Part shown: in pieces, positions 40,726 through 49,743 of the stretch
How positions within the stretch are numbered: position 1 is the stretch's first letter
Layout of the letters: each line of letters starts with the position of its first letter
DNA from: a virus
Lineage: Duplodnaviria; Heunggongvirae; Uroviricota; Caudoviricetes
Strand: one strand, 5' to 3'
IMG/VR virus record: IMGVR_UViG_3300023710_000192
DNA: 55,556 nucleotides
The notes under the pieces: model-generated
Told to the model about the DNA's origin: nothing
What the model saw: the letters and a program-made list of their open reading frames with translations, nothing else
Database searches by the model: none
Translations under genes and position numbers: made by a program

Positions 40726-40959
40726 TTAATCTTTAACGTACTGCGTTGCATATAACATATCCGCAGGACTATTAACCGCAAATGTAATCTTATTTGTGGT
40801 CGTATATTTTAGCTTTGCAAAACGCTTTTTGTTATCACTTACTAATGATTCATCGTTAAGATAAAACCACTGTTTACCATTTTGCCCAGCTCTTTTAAAT
40901 CCCATTGCAGATAATTCTAAAGCAACACCGGGATCTAATGTCATAATAAATTTATCCAT
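40726..40959 (-). CDS. Small hypothetical protein (77 aa)
   Basis: SD GAGG; co-oriented. Confidence 0.55.
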   Translation of the reverse strand: MDKFIMTLDPGVALELSAMGFKRAGQNGKQWFYLNDESLVSDNKKRFAKLKYTTTNKITFAVNSPADMLYATQYVKD

Positions 40960-40980
40960 ATCTTTTTCCTCATTTCATTA

Positions 40981-41007
40981 AAATAGGAGAGTAGTTAACT
41001 ACTCTCC
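40981..41007 (-). terminator. Terminator hairpin, 25/27 identical to 8398-8424
   Basis: aaataggagagtagtta-ac-tactctcc versus aaataggagagtagtta-tt-tactctcc. Confidence 0.6.
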
Positions 41008-41139
41008 AAATATATCAATACAACCATAATTTATATAGTTGTTTCGTTGTTCCATACGCCACCGGACGGGCTGTTTAGAAACGTGTTCAATATGAACTTC
41101 AAAACGTTCCGATTATTTGGTTATGAAACAGTGTTTTTA

Positions 41140-42705
41140 TTAAGAATTTCTACTTCTTTCCCCTGACGGACTTAACTCATCATCGTCTACCTGTGGTCTT
41201 CCTTTTTCATCGGTACTTCCACTCTGAGTATAACTTGAATTAAGTGGATGATTCATCAATGTAGGTAACTCAAATACTTCATTTTCTAAGTATTCTGAAA
41301 CCAAAGTAGTTCTTTCTGAAATTCCACATAAAGTTTGTAAGGCTAATCTATCACTAAAAGAATGTTGACATTGTTTTAATAAATTTTCATATAGTTCTTG
41401 TTTGGTATAAATAGTACACTTAAAATATTCAACCGTACACGGATCTGATACATCAAACTCAAGCATTCTATTTGTAAATCCTTCTATTTGACCTATTAGT
41501 GTAGTAATAGCAAAAGCAGACTCTGATTTTAACCAAGCATTAAAAGCTGCGGTAGAAGTAATTTTATTAGAATTAATTACCGCACCGCCACCAGAAGTGG
41601 CCAACAATGTGTCTTGATTTTGTTGTAACCTTTGAATATCTTTGTCTGCTGCAGAAGTAGAAAAATCAATAACATTATCATTTGTCAATTCTCCGGGTAT
41701 AGGAGCAGCCGCCGCATAATCTGGCAAAGCTTCGGTAAACTTTTCATAATACTTAATTAACAAATCTGGACTAATAGCAAACTGATCGGCATCTTTTGCT
41801 GAGTTTAACACTGGCATGGGAACCGCTATTAATCTATATACCGCTTGGTCGTCAAGTATTGCCTGAATATCTTCCGCATCGCCTAATGCTGATAATGATT
41901 GAAGAAGTGGAATAAACGGAACAATTATATGATTTAAGTCTTCAATTCTAAATTTAAAACAAGCAGCATATTCATCTGGCATCATGATCCATTTTTCGCC
42001 AGTTCTGTCATATTCATTAACTATATCTATTAAAGGGCTTCCTAATAATTCAGCCTGAGTTCGTCTATTACCCCTTGCCCATTTTGAAGCATCTACGGCA
42101 TATGCTAAATCTCCAGATTCATAACGCCCCATTATTCTACATTCTGAAGGATTTAATATATAAAAGAAAGACGATTTTTCTCCTTTAAAAAATATTGAAT
42201 AACATACATCTTCAAGATAACAATGAATTGCAAGTTCTGGGAAATTGGTGGCAATCCGGTATCTTTCCAATGCATTTAGATTCTCAAAATAACTCTTTTT
42301 GATTTTCTTAACATTGTTATTTTTTGTTAAATCAATATTAGGGGTTACTTTACGACAATCAAGCGACCACATGTCTGCATACCAATTAATCAATCTGAAG
42401 AATATTTGCGACCTATAATAAAAATATCGTGCAGCCTCTTGTAATCTACTTTCATTAGACTGAGGATTTTGTACAATTGTTCGTAAAGTTTCTCTATCAT
42501 ATCTACTTGTATTAGTAGTTGTTGTAGCATTTTTAATATCACTCATTTGTTTTAAAGCAGTACTTGCTTTTTCGAATAAAGCCAATTGTTTTTGTTTATC
42601 TAATTCATATTGTTTCTGAATTGTTTTTATTTCTTCAGAAGTACGACTATTGTGTTTTTCTACATTTGAGACGCTTATTGCGTCAGGTGTTTTTTTTGTC
42701 GCCAT
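41140..42705 (-). CDS. Portal protein (putative)
   Basis: 521 aa directly after TerL; C-terminal GRPQ.DD motif typical of portals. Confidence 0.75.
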   Translation of the reverse strand: MATKKTPDAISVSNVEKHNSRTSEEIKTIQKQYELDKQKQLALFEKASTALKQMSDIKNATTTTNTSRYDRETLRTIVQNPQSNESRLQEAARYFYYRSQIFFRLINWYADMWSLDCRKVTPNIDLTKNNNVKKIKKSYFENLNALERYRIATNFPELAIHCYLEDVCYSIFFKGEKSSFFYILNPSECRIMGRYESGDLAYAVDASKWARGNRRTQAELLGSPLIDIVNEYDRTGEKWIMMPDEYAACFKFRIEDLNHIIVPFIPLLQSLSALGDAEDIQAILDDQAVYRLIAVPMPVLNSAKDADQFAISPDLLIKYYEKFTEALPDYAAAAPIPGELTNDNVIDFSTSAADKDIQRLQQNQDTLLATSGGGAVINSNKITSTAAFNAWLKSESAFAITTLIGQIEGFTNRMLEFDVSDPCTVEYFKCTIYTKQELYENLLKQCQHSFSDRLALQTLCGISERTTLVSEYLENEVFELPTLMNHPLNSSYTQSGSTDEKGRPQVDDDELSPSGERSRNS

Positions 42706-42723
42706 TATAATAGCGTCTCCTTT

Positions 42724-44757
42724 CTATTTTCTTTTACGTATTTGCGATGCAAGTTTTTCAAGTAAGTCGGAAGAATCTTGTTTAGGTCTTTGTAATAATA
42801 ATTTTCTACGTTCTTCCATTAAGGCCCAGCCGAGCATACAACATGTATAAGCTCTATCGTCGTGCATCTTATTTGCTTTTTCTGGGGTTAACTCAAAAGA
42901 GTCCTTGCCGGACTCTCTTTTTTTTCTAACCATATTCACAAGTTCTTCTTTTGTAGCATCAATATTTCCAAGAGCAATTTTGTCTTTCCAATCAAGTTTA
43001 ATTGTTTTTGTATTAACTGATTGTATTTTACTCAATTCTTCTTGTAACTTAACCTCAAATTCTTTTTCATTAAGTTTTAGTTTGCGTAATTCTTCCGAAA
43101 TACGTTCACGTTCTTTTGATAATTTTTTTTGGTCAATATCAAAAACCGTTAAGTAATCTTTGTTATCAAACGTTGCAGTAAATCCTATCTTATCTTGATT
43201 AAGCATTTCTATTAAAGCTTCATACATCATGGATTTAAATTTTGCCGGCTCCATTAAATGGATTTTGTCAACTGCATTTGGAAACTGTGCCACATAATCA
43301 GAGGAATATTCTTTATCAATTAATCCTCTGTGTACTATTCCATCGGCTGTTTCCCAATCAGGCATTAAGTAATCAGCTATATTTACGCCACCACCACCAG
43401 TACCAGCATCAATCCAAATTCCAACAATGTTTTCATATCCATCAGCACCTGCATTATAATCTAATATCATTTGCTTTAAATATTCAATCTGGTCTGGTGT
43501 ACGCATAGGGCTTTTTATTTTTTTACCTACATCAAGAAGATTTACTCCGTTTACAATTTTTGCACGTTTATCAATACTCCCATCTACTTGAATATAATCA
43601 TAAAATTCTGCAACCAATATAAATGAATTATCTACTTTACGTGCAGGATCATAAAATAATGCATATTTTTTGTTACCAGTTTCATTACAATGAACCGGTT
43701 TGCGTGTTTCTTCATTTCTTGTGATTACACCACGTTTAACAATTGCATCCGAGCCAGCTTCTGTGGTAAATTGACAATAATATTCACGTCTAGCTTTTTC
43801 TGGATTTGTTCTCATTTCCGATTCAACAGTGGAGCGAGAAAGTAGTGGCGCAATAACCTTACCATGAAGCGTAGGTTTAAAAGCTATTTCACAATCTATA
43901 TGTAGTACACAATAATCGGGATCTCCCATAATCTGTCTTTTAGACCAATCCCTATATAATGCATAATATTTAGTATCAGTTGTTGATGCTGAACTAATTA
44001 AGAATTTTTGATTAGGTATATTTGTAGCAAAAGTTCTTTGACGTATAGGATCAATAGATTTACCACTTGAATCTTTACCGGTTTTAAAACTCTTATTAAC
44101 AATAGCAAAAGCAGAATATACGTTGATCATTTCTTCCGATAAAAACGCCGATTCATCAAAAATTATTGATCCTCTCGCACCTCTTCTTGAATCTATGTTG
44201 CTATTTAAGGTTTTTGTTGTAGAGCCATTATATGTTGTATATGTAAAACCATTTGGGTTATGACTAAAGCCATCACCACTTGCACTAGGAATTACAATTT
44301 CATCTTTAAATAATCTTCCAGTTGAACCCTGAAATTCATCAATATTATCATTTGCTAATTTTTCCAATGTCATAAAAGTTTGTTGTGCTTGATCTCCTGA
44401 TCCACTTGCTATATAACACCAATAATTACAAAACAAACTGTCTTTAGACATTAAAATAACATCAAGTGTTGTAGATTTTCCTATTCCACGACTTGCAGTA
44501 ACAAGAACATTTGGACAATTCCATGCTCGTTGTATAATTAGTGCTTGACAATCTAACATCTCAATGTTATACATTAAATCTATCCATTTTAAAGGATTAC
44601 ATTGAAAGTATTTTTGCATTTTTGATATTTCTATTAATGATTCAATTTTTCTAGTAGACATAGGATAATCTATCGGTTTTACAAAAATACCATAATCTTT
44701 ATAAAAATCTTTATCATATGGTAAATCCATATCATTCGGAAGAAGTATCTTGCTCAT
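42724..44757 (-). CDS. terL: Terminase large subunit
   Basis: Walker A TASRGIGKS, Walker B IIFDES, nuclease acidic motifs FYDPAR.VD, WIDAG and HDDRAY. Start adjusted to ATG 44757. Confidence 0.9.
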   Translation of the reverse strand: MSKILLPNDMDLPYDKDFYKDYGIFVKPIDYPMSTRKIESLIEISKMQKYFQCNPLKWIDLMYNIEMLDCQALIIQRAWNCPNVLVTASRGIGKSTTLDVILMSKDSLFCNYWCYIASGSGDQAQQTFMTLEKLANDNIDEFQGSTGRLFKDEIVIPSASGDGFSHNPNGFTYTTYNGSTTKTLNSNIDSRRGARGSIIFDESAFLSEEMINVYSAFAIVNKSFKTGKDSSGKSIDPIRQRTFATNIPNQKFLISSASTTDTKYYALYRDWSKRQIMGDPDYCVLHIDCEIAFKPTLHGKVIAPLLSRSTVESEMRTNPEKARREYYCQFTTEAGSDAIVKRGVITRNEETRKPVHCNETGNKKYALFYDPARKVDNSFILVAEFYDYIQVDGSIDKRAKIVNGVNLLDVGKKIKSPMRTPDQIEYLKQMILDYNAGADGYENIVGIWIDAGTGGGGVNIADYLMPDWETADGIVHRGLIDKEYSSDYVAQFPNAVDKIHLMEPAKFKSMMYEALIEMLNQDKIGFTATFDNKDYLTVFDIDQKKLSKERERISEELRKLKLNEKEFEVKLQEELSKIQSVNTKTIKLDWKDKIALGNIDATKEELVNMVRKKRESGKDSFELTPEKANKMHDDRAYTCCMLGWALMEERRKLLLQRPKQDSSDLLEKLASQIRKRK

Positions 44758-46075
44758 CAATATCTTCCTCCTCTTCGATATTGCCAAAGATAGAATATAA
44801 TTCTTCTAAGTTTTTATATTCTATATTTGAATTTAATTCATTTTCTTCTAGGAAATCTTTTAAATCCAAGTTTTCTCGTAACAATATTCTATTTATTTCT
44901 TTGTATTGGTCTCTTTCTTGTCTTAGTTCTTGATTAACAACTCTCATTTCAGCAACCATATCCGACCACTCGGATTCATCAAGAGCAAGCTGTTTCATAA
45001 TAGAAGCATCACTAATTTCTTGAACTTGTTGCATTCCACGACAAGTAGCAATATCAAATCCATTAACTTCAGAACCACGTAAATTTAAATCTTTAATTTT
45101 CTTTAATTTACCAGTCCACGTATTTTCCCCTCTAATTGAATTTTTGCTATTTTTTAAAGATATACAACTTTGTTCAGCTAATTTTGTAACATTAACTGTT
45201 ATATTTTTCTTCATTTCTTGAAGTGCCTTAACTGTAGCAATATTCTTTTCAGCATTTCTAGGATCCTGTACCAAATCAGCAATCATATCATCTATTTGAT
45301 TTATTTGTAAAAAACCTCGAACAATACTAATAATAGATGAGGTTCTCATCATATCATCATTTCCACTTTCATCAGAATCTAAAAAACCAATTAATTGAGA
45401 ATATAAAAATGGCTGATCGGCTAATTTTTCTCTTTCAAAAGGAAGGTATCCTAATAAACGCAACACATCGTCTTTATTCTTTTCAAACTGTTCTAATATT
45501 TCCTGATCTTTAGGTAATGAATCTTCAGCCATATCTTCAATGCTAAACATTCCACCAGTATAATTATCTGACTGCCTATATGTGAGAGTATAATATTGTG
45601 GCATTGCTGCATTTTTAATATAACTCGCCCATACATTTGATTTATTTTTCCCATTAGATTGATTTGCTGCTTCTAATAATGACGCATCCCAAATTGAATC
45701 AAGCATTGGTTTATTAAGAAAATAACAAGCATCGTCAACTGTCTTTTTTGTTGGTTGTTGTCTAACACCCTTAACAGTTGGAGTTGCAATTTCATTTGCA
45801 CAATCTTTACAACCATCAGTAATACCTGATTTACAATTTGGAGCAGTAGAAGCGTAGAAACTTTGCTTTTTCTTAGGTTTACCACAATGTTGACAAGTAA
45901 AATATTCACTACCAACACCAAGAATTTCCAAACACTTTAATTGATCTTTTGATTCTAATTTATCAAAATCAACTTTAATGTTATTAATTATTTTATCAAT
46001 TTCTTTTAGAGTAGTGGTTTTGTCGCTACTCGTATTTGTTGTGGCACCTTTTTTTGTTAAACTGCGTGTAGCCAC
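44732..46075 (-). CDS. Terminase-associated protein / large TerS candidate with Zn-finger
   Basis: CQHC...CKDC, overlaps the TerL start; GTG start with SD GAGGTG. Confidence 0.55.
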   Translation of the reverse strand: MATRSLTKKGATTNTSSDKTTTLKEIDKIINNIKVDFDKLESKDQLKCLEILGVGSEYFTCQHCGKPKKKQSFYASTAPNCKSGITDGCKDCANEIATPTVKGVRQQPTKKTVDDACYFLNKPMLDSIWDASLLEAANQSNGKNKSNVWASYIKNAAMPQYYTLTYRQSDNYTGGMFSIEDMAEDSLPKDQEILEQFEKNKDDVLRLLGYLPFEREKLADQPFLYSQLIGFLDSDESGNDDMMRTSSIISIVRGFLQINQIDDMIADLVQDPRNAEKNIATVKALQEMKKNITVNVTKLAEQSCISLKNSKNSIRGENTWTGKLKKIKDLNLRGSEVNGFDIATCRGMQQVQEISDASIMKQLALDESEWSDMVAEMRVVNQELRQERDQYKEINRILLRENLDLKDFLEENELNSNIEYKNLEELYSIFGNIEEEEDIDEQDTSSE

Positions 46076-46106
46076 AATTTCACCTCTTTCCTTTTATTCA
46101 TAATAG

Positions 46107-46147
46107 TGGACGCACCGGATTCGAACCGGACTTTGTTCCTTACGCCC
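46107..46147 (-). ncRNA. tRNA-like minihelix (acceptor stem + T arm only)
   Basis: GGGCGTA-AGGAACAAAGT-CCGG-TTCGAAT-CCGG-TGCGTCC-A. No D or anticodon arm; no encoded CCA. Confidence 0.55.
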
Positions 46148-46155
46148 AATAGACA

Positions 46156-46363
46156 TGATGCCTTATAACATTTTCAACCCTTGATTATTAAATTGCTGTT
46201 AGCATCACAAAAAAAACATGACTCAAAAAAAATCAAGAGCAACAATATCACGTATAGTCGTGATTTTGTTAGTTACTCCTTACAAAAAATAGCAGAAGCT
46301 GTTTTTTCAATCTTTAATGTTGTTAATTTAATTAAATAAATTGCTGTTTGAGTCACAAAAAAA
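46156..46363 (-). repeat. Two tandem stem-AACAGCAAT elements with compensatory changes
   Basis: 27-bp repeats at 46189-46215 and 46337-46363, 24/27 identical. The differing bases are matched by partner strands at 46156-46162 and 46219-46225. Confidence 0.7.
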
Positions 46364-46381
46364 TTACTCCCGGACGGAGTA
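46355..46381 (-). terminator. Rho-independent terminator downstream of the endolysin
   Basis: TACTCC-GTCCG-GGAGTA followed by ATTTTTTT. Confidence 0.65.
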
Positions 46382-46552
46382 TATTCACAAAAATATCCCG
46401 GTGTGCAGTTTCAATCACACGAAGCCTTGTTGGATTGCGTAGGCTTTATTGATTTATCAGGGAACTTCCCCGCTGTGTTCACCACACAGACGTTCCAACG
46501 TACAGGTCACTATTGTCTTATCAACTTTTAATGCTTGTTTACAGGATATTAA

Positions 46553-47362
46553 TTATTTCTTATATGTTTTAGCTTTGGCTAAACAATCTTTGCCAAATAA
46601 TCCATCTTGTGTTAGCTTAACAAGTTTCTGAAATGACTTAACTGCTGCAATAGTTTTATCACCAGCTTCGCCGTCCACTGTAAGTTTTGTATTAACTGCC
46701 CAATTCAAAAACTTCTGTAAGTTTTTAACCTGAGCGCCAGTGTCACCCTTTTTAAAATATCCACGAGATGGGAGAGTAGGGAATGTTCCGGAATAAGTTT
46801 TCTTAACCGTAGTTGTACTTGATGTTGTGTTTCCGCCATAAGCCTTTACTACTTTATCTTTAAACTTTTTCCAGTCAGCCTCTTTCATTAAATAAGCCGG
46901 GCAATGTTTACCATTAACATCAAAATGTCTATAAACACAATCTGGCTTAAGATTATATTTCTTTAACAAACTTACAATTAAATCAACTGTATTATTCATT
47001 GTAGTTTCAGTTGCCTTAATTGTTCCATCTTTTTTTGTATCGCACATTTCTATACTAATTGAATTACTATTAGTAATCTTGCCATACATTTTGCCGCCAC
47101 CGGTTTGTGGACAATCAGCCCATCTTGAACCACCAACAGACCATGCTACACACGTATCCTTAACGGATCTAGTAATACTGTCGTCATCTACAAAATAATG
47201 TGCCGAAGCATTTCTGTTTGCAGTTTGAAAATATTTAGCATTACTTTCATCATGATCTCCATCATTAGCGGTATAGTGTACAACAATGTATTTAATAGAA
47301 CTTGTGCTTCTTGTAGCACCATAGTTAGAAGAGTGCGCTAATGCTTCTTTTATTGAAACCAT
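46553..47362 (-). CDS. Endolysin: N-acetylmuramoyl-L-alanine amidase (Amidase_2) + peptidoglycan-binding domain
   Basis: IVVHYTAND, ASAHYFVD, SISIEMC, RHFDVNGKHCP; C-terminal KGDTGAQVKNLQ.FLN...DG..G..T..AVK.FQ. Confidence 0.92.
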   Translation of the reverse strand: MVSIKEALAHSSNYGATRSTSSIKYIVVHYTANDGDHDESNAKYFQTANRNASAHYFVDDDSITRSVKDTCVAWSVGGSRWADCPQTGGGKMYGKITNSNSISIEMCDTKKDGTIKATETTMNNTVDLIVSLLKKYNLKPDCVYRHFDVNGKHCPAYLMKEADWKKFKDKVVKAYGGNTTSSTTTVKKTYSGTFPTLPSRGYFKKGDTGAQVKNLQKFLNWAVNTKLTVDGEAGDKTIAAVKSFQKLVKLTQDGLFGKDCLAKAKTYKK

Positions 47363-47371
47363 ATTATCACC

Positions 47372-48595
47372 TCAATTAAGTTTCATTGTGTATTCGCAAA
47401 CCTTTCCTTTATCCTTCTCGAAAATTATTAACTTACCAGAAGCATTGGAGGTCTTTTGCAATTTCAATGAGTAAGGATCAAAACCAATAATTGATCCCAT
47501 GTTTAATACTTCTTTATTAACTCCAATTTCTTCAATTTTATTATGATGTAAATGCCCGGCGATAAGATAGTCAATAGGAGTGCTATATATATCAGAAAAA
47601 TTTTTGATAGCATTTTCCATATTTTTGACTTCACCATGAATACCCATAACATTATATCCGGCCAATTCAGCAAAGTTATAACCAGTAGGATTTTCTATAA
47701 ACTCAAAATTTGGATTGTTAGCAAGTCTAATTTTGATAAACTCGGCTAATATTTTTTCCATATTTTCGTCTTCAAAAGTACCTTTTGGTTGACCTATCAT
47801 ACGCAATTCCGTATGATTACCTGCGGTTTGCTGGTATATAATACGTGTGTATTTAGACAATTCATTCAACCAGTTACTAATAAACTCTGCATACTTAATA
47901 GTTCCGTCAACCACACCGTACTTAAGTTTCATTAACTGACTCACACGAAGTATTCCATCAGAAAAATCCCCCATCGAAAATATATGAAGAACGGAAATCT
48001 TTTCTTTTTTAATAATTTCAATAGTCTGATTTAACAAATCTAACATACGTTCTTCAAAAATCTTTGGATTATAACGATTAAGAATTTCGCCTTTGAGTCC
48101 TTTAATTTCAAACTCCGCACCATAATGTTCGTCACCAAACACTAACAAATAATCTTTTTTATTCTGTTCGGGTTTAATATATTTTGGTATTTTAATTTCA
48201 GACATGTTTTTAATACTGTTGGTTATTTTCTCAAGAATTAGTTCGTCTCTGGCTTCTTGACGCAACCAACGGTTATATTCAACTTTCTCTGTCTGTAATT
48301 TCATACGCTCTTTAGTAAGATCACGAGTCTTTCTGTTTAATTCACGAATGAACTCGTCTGATTCCATTTGACTAAACACATCATCATACATAGCCTTAGC
48401 CATTTGATATCTCTTTCGGTATGCTGAATCACCAAGATAATTTTCTTCATCATCACCATATATACCCTTGTTGAGATAATAGGCTAATTCGCTCCATGTA
48501 AGGTTAATTACGCCAGTATCTTTTGCAAATGCAAGTCGCCAAATAAATTGGTTTTCATTTTCTTGCGGTTCTCTATTAAAATTAATATTAATCAC
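47372..48595 (-). CDS. Calcineurin-like metallophosphoesterase with N-terminal extension
   Basis: GDEH, GDFSDG, GNH, IHG and GHLHH motifs. Confidence 0.85.
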   Translation of the reverse strand: MININFNREPQENENQFIWRLAFAKDTGVINLTWSELAYYLNKGIYGDDEENYLGDSAYRKRYQMAKAMYDDVFSQMESDEFIRELNRKTRDLTKERMKLQTEKVEYNRWLRQEARDELILEKITNSIKNMSEIKIPKYIKPEQNKKDYLLVFGDEHYGAEFEIKGLKGEILNRYNPKIFEERMLDLLNQTIEIIKKEKISVLHIFSMGDFSDGILRVSQLMKLKYGVVDGTIKYAEFISNWLNELSKYTRIIYQQTAGNHTELRMIGQPKGTFEDENMEKILAEFIKIRLANNPNFEFIENPTGYNFAELAGYNVMGIHGEVKNMENAIKNFSDIYSTPIDYLIAGHLHHNKIEEIGVNKEVLNMGSIIGFDPYSLKLQKTSNASGKLIIFEKDKGKVCEYTMKLN

Positions 48596-48768
48596 CGCCC
48601 ATTCGTATATCTTGAAACGTCAATTCCAATTTTCTTTGCAACATTCCAAGTCTTGCTACAATCGGTCACATAGTAGTGCCGCTTGTGATATGTGCAATGA
48701 ACTAAATCAGGTATAATCTGATTAAGTTTTTTACCATCGTTTTTCGTTACTTCGATTATAATAATCAT
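48592..48768 (-). CDS. Small hypothetical protein (about 58 aa), absent from the track
   Basis: Translated by hand: MIIIIEVTKNDGKKLNQIIPDLVHCTYHKRHYYVTDC...NGR. Its TGA overlaps the next GTG (GTGA). The exact start is uncertain. Confidence 0.55.
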   Translation of the reverse strand: MIIIIEVTKNDGKKLNQIIPDLVHCTYHKRHYYVTDCSKTWNVAKKIGIDVSRYTNGR

Positions 48769-48801
48769 TCCTTTCGTTCATAAATTTCTCAAGTTAGAGA
48801 G

Positions 48802-48873
48802 TAGCGGAGACAGGAATTGAACCTGCTACCTTCGGGGCATGAACCCGTTATGCATCCGTTACACTTCTCCGCA
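48802..48873 (-). tRNA. tRNA-Met(CAT), initiator-like
   Basis: Cloverleaf TGCGGAG...CGGG-TTCATGC-CCCG...GCAGG-TTCAATT-CCTGT-CTCCGCTA. 1:72 mismatch and three G-C pairs in the anticodon stem; no CCA. Confidence 0.85.
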
Positions 48874-48936
48874 ATATATATAAAAAAAATACCCCCTGTC
48901 TCACTGCTGAGACAAGAGGTACAATATAGGAAGGTA

Positions 48937-49221
48937 TCATTCGTTAATAAGCATCTTAATACTATTTGAAAACTTTGCCTTAACCCCATTTCTTGCTGGC
49001 ACCTTTATTGTACCACCGGTAGCTGGATTTCGTCTTACACAAGCTTTCTTATGAGTAGGCTCTATTGATAACCAACGGAATAACTTCGTAGCGTTATCAT
49101 TTACTAAATTAGTTTCTACCTCTGTCTGAATAGCACTTAAAACTTCTTTAATATCTTGCTGGCGAAAGCCAGTCTTCTTTGCAACACTCTTAATAAAATC
49201 TGCATTTGAAATCTTATTCAT
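48937..49221 (-). CDS. HU/IHF-like DNA-binding protein
   Basis: FIKSVAKKTGF...RRNPATGGTIKVPA...KAKFS. Confidence 0.85.
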   Translation of the reverse strand: MNKISNADFIKSVAKKTGFRQQDIKEVLSAIQTEVETNLVNDNATKLFRWLSIEPTHKKACVRRNPATGGTIKVPARNGVKAKFSNSIKMLINE

Positions 49222-49399
49222 AACTTATTTGTATCTCCTTTTCTTCATCATTTATAGCATCTATATATGCAAGCTGCGCTGATACACAACATGCCATATC
49301 TACTAATTTTCGTAATTCTTTTGTATCAGATTCATTTATCTCGATTAATCCAGTTAATCTAGTTAGAATCTTTTCCATACATTCTTGATTTTTACTCAT
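49214..49399 (-). CDS. Small hypothetical protein (61 aa)
   Basis: Co-oriented, tightly packed. Confidence 0.55.
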   Translation of the reverse strand: MSKNQECMEKILTRLTGLIEINESDTKELRKLVDMACCVSAQLAYIDAINDEEKEIQISYE

Positions 49400-49401
49400 A
49401 A

Positions 49402-49737
49402 TTACTCATTAAACAAAGTGTCGGCTATAGCAGCACTCTTACCATATAGTAATTTAGTATATGGATCATATGCTACAACCTGTTCGCCTGCTTTGTTATA
49501 AAACTCTTTTTTCTTACCTTTACATTCTTCATTGTTACAAACTAATACATTTGTATTTTCAACATATGTAAGCACTTGATGACAATAAGGGCATGTCCCT
49601 AAGAACTTTTTCTGCTGAGATTTTAATTTCGACTTATCATTAGTTTTTCTTGTAAAAGGCTTTAATCCAATATCTTTGGCAATGTCCTTGAACGAGTGAT
49701 AAGTCTTTCCTTCAGGAATATTTAACAATTTCCTCAC
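49402..49737 (-). CDS. Zn-finger hypothetical protein
   Basis: CPYC...CNNEEC; the true start is probably the TTG a few codons inside. Confidence 0.6.
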   Translation of the reverse strand: MRKLLNIPEGKTYHSFKDIAKDIGLKPFTRKTNDKSKLKSQQKKFLGTCPYCHQVLTYVENTNVLVCNNEECKGKKKEFYNKAGEQVVAYDPYTKLLYGKSAAIADTLFNE

Positions 49738-49743
49738 TCCTTT

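Noticed and set aside
41030-41139. 23-codon ORF or ncRNA between portal and the 77-aa gene
   Set aside because: No SD and only short, unconvincing hairpins; insufficient support.
46410-46465. Hammerhead ribozyme (CUGAUAA ... GAAA)
   Set aside because: The core would need CUGANGA with stem II directly followed by GAAA; neither the sequence nor the spacing fits.
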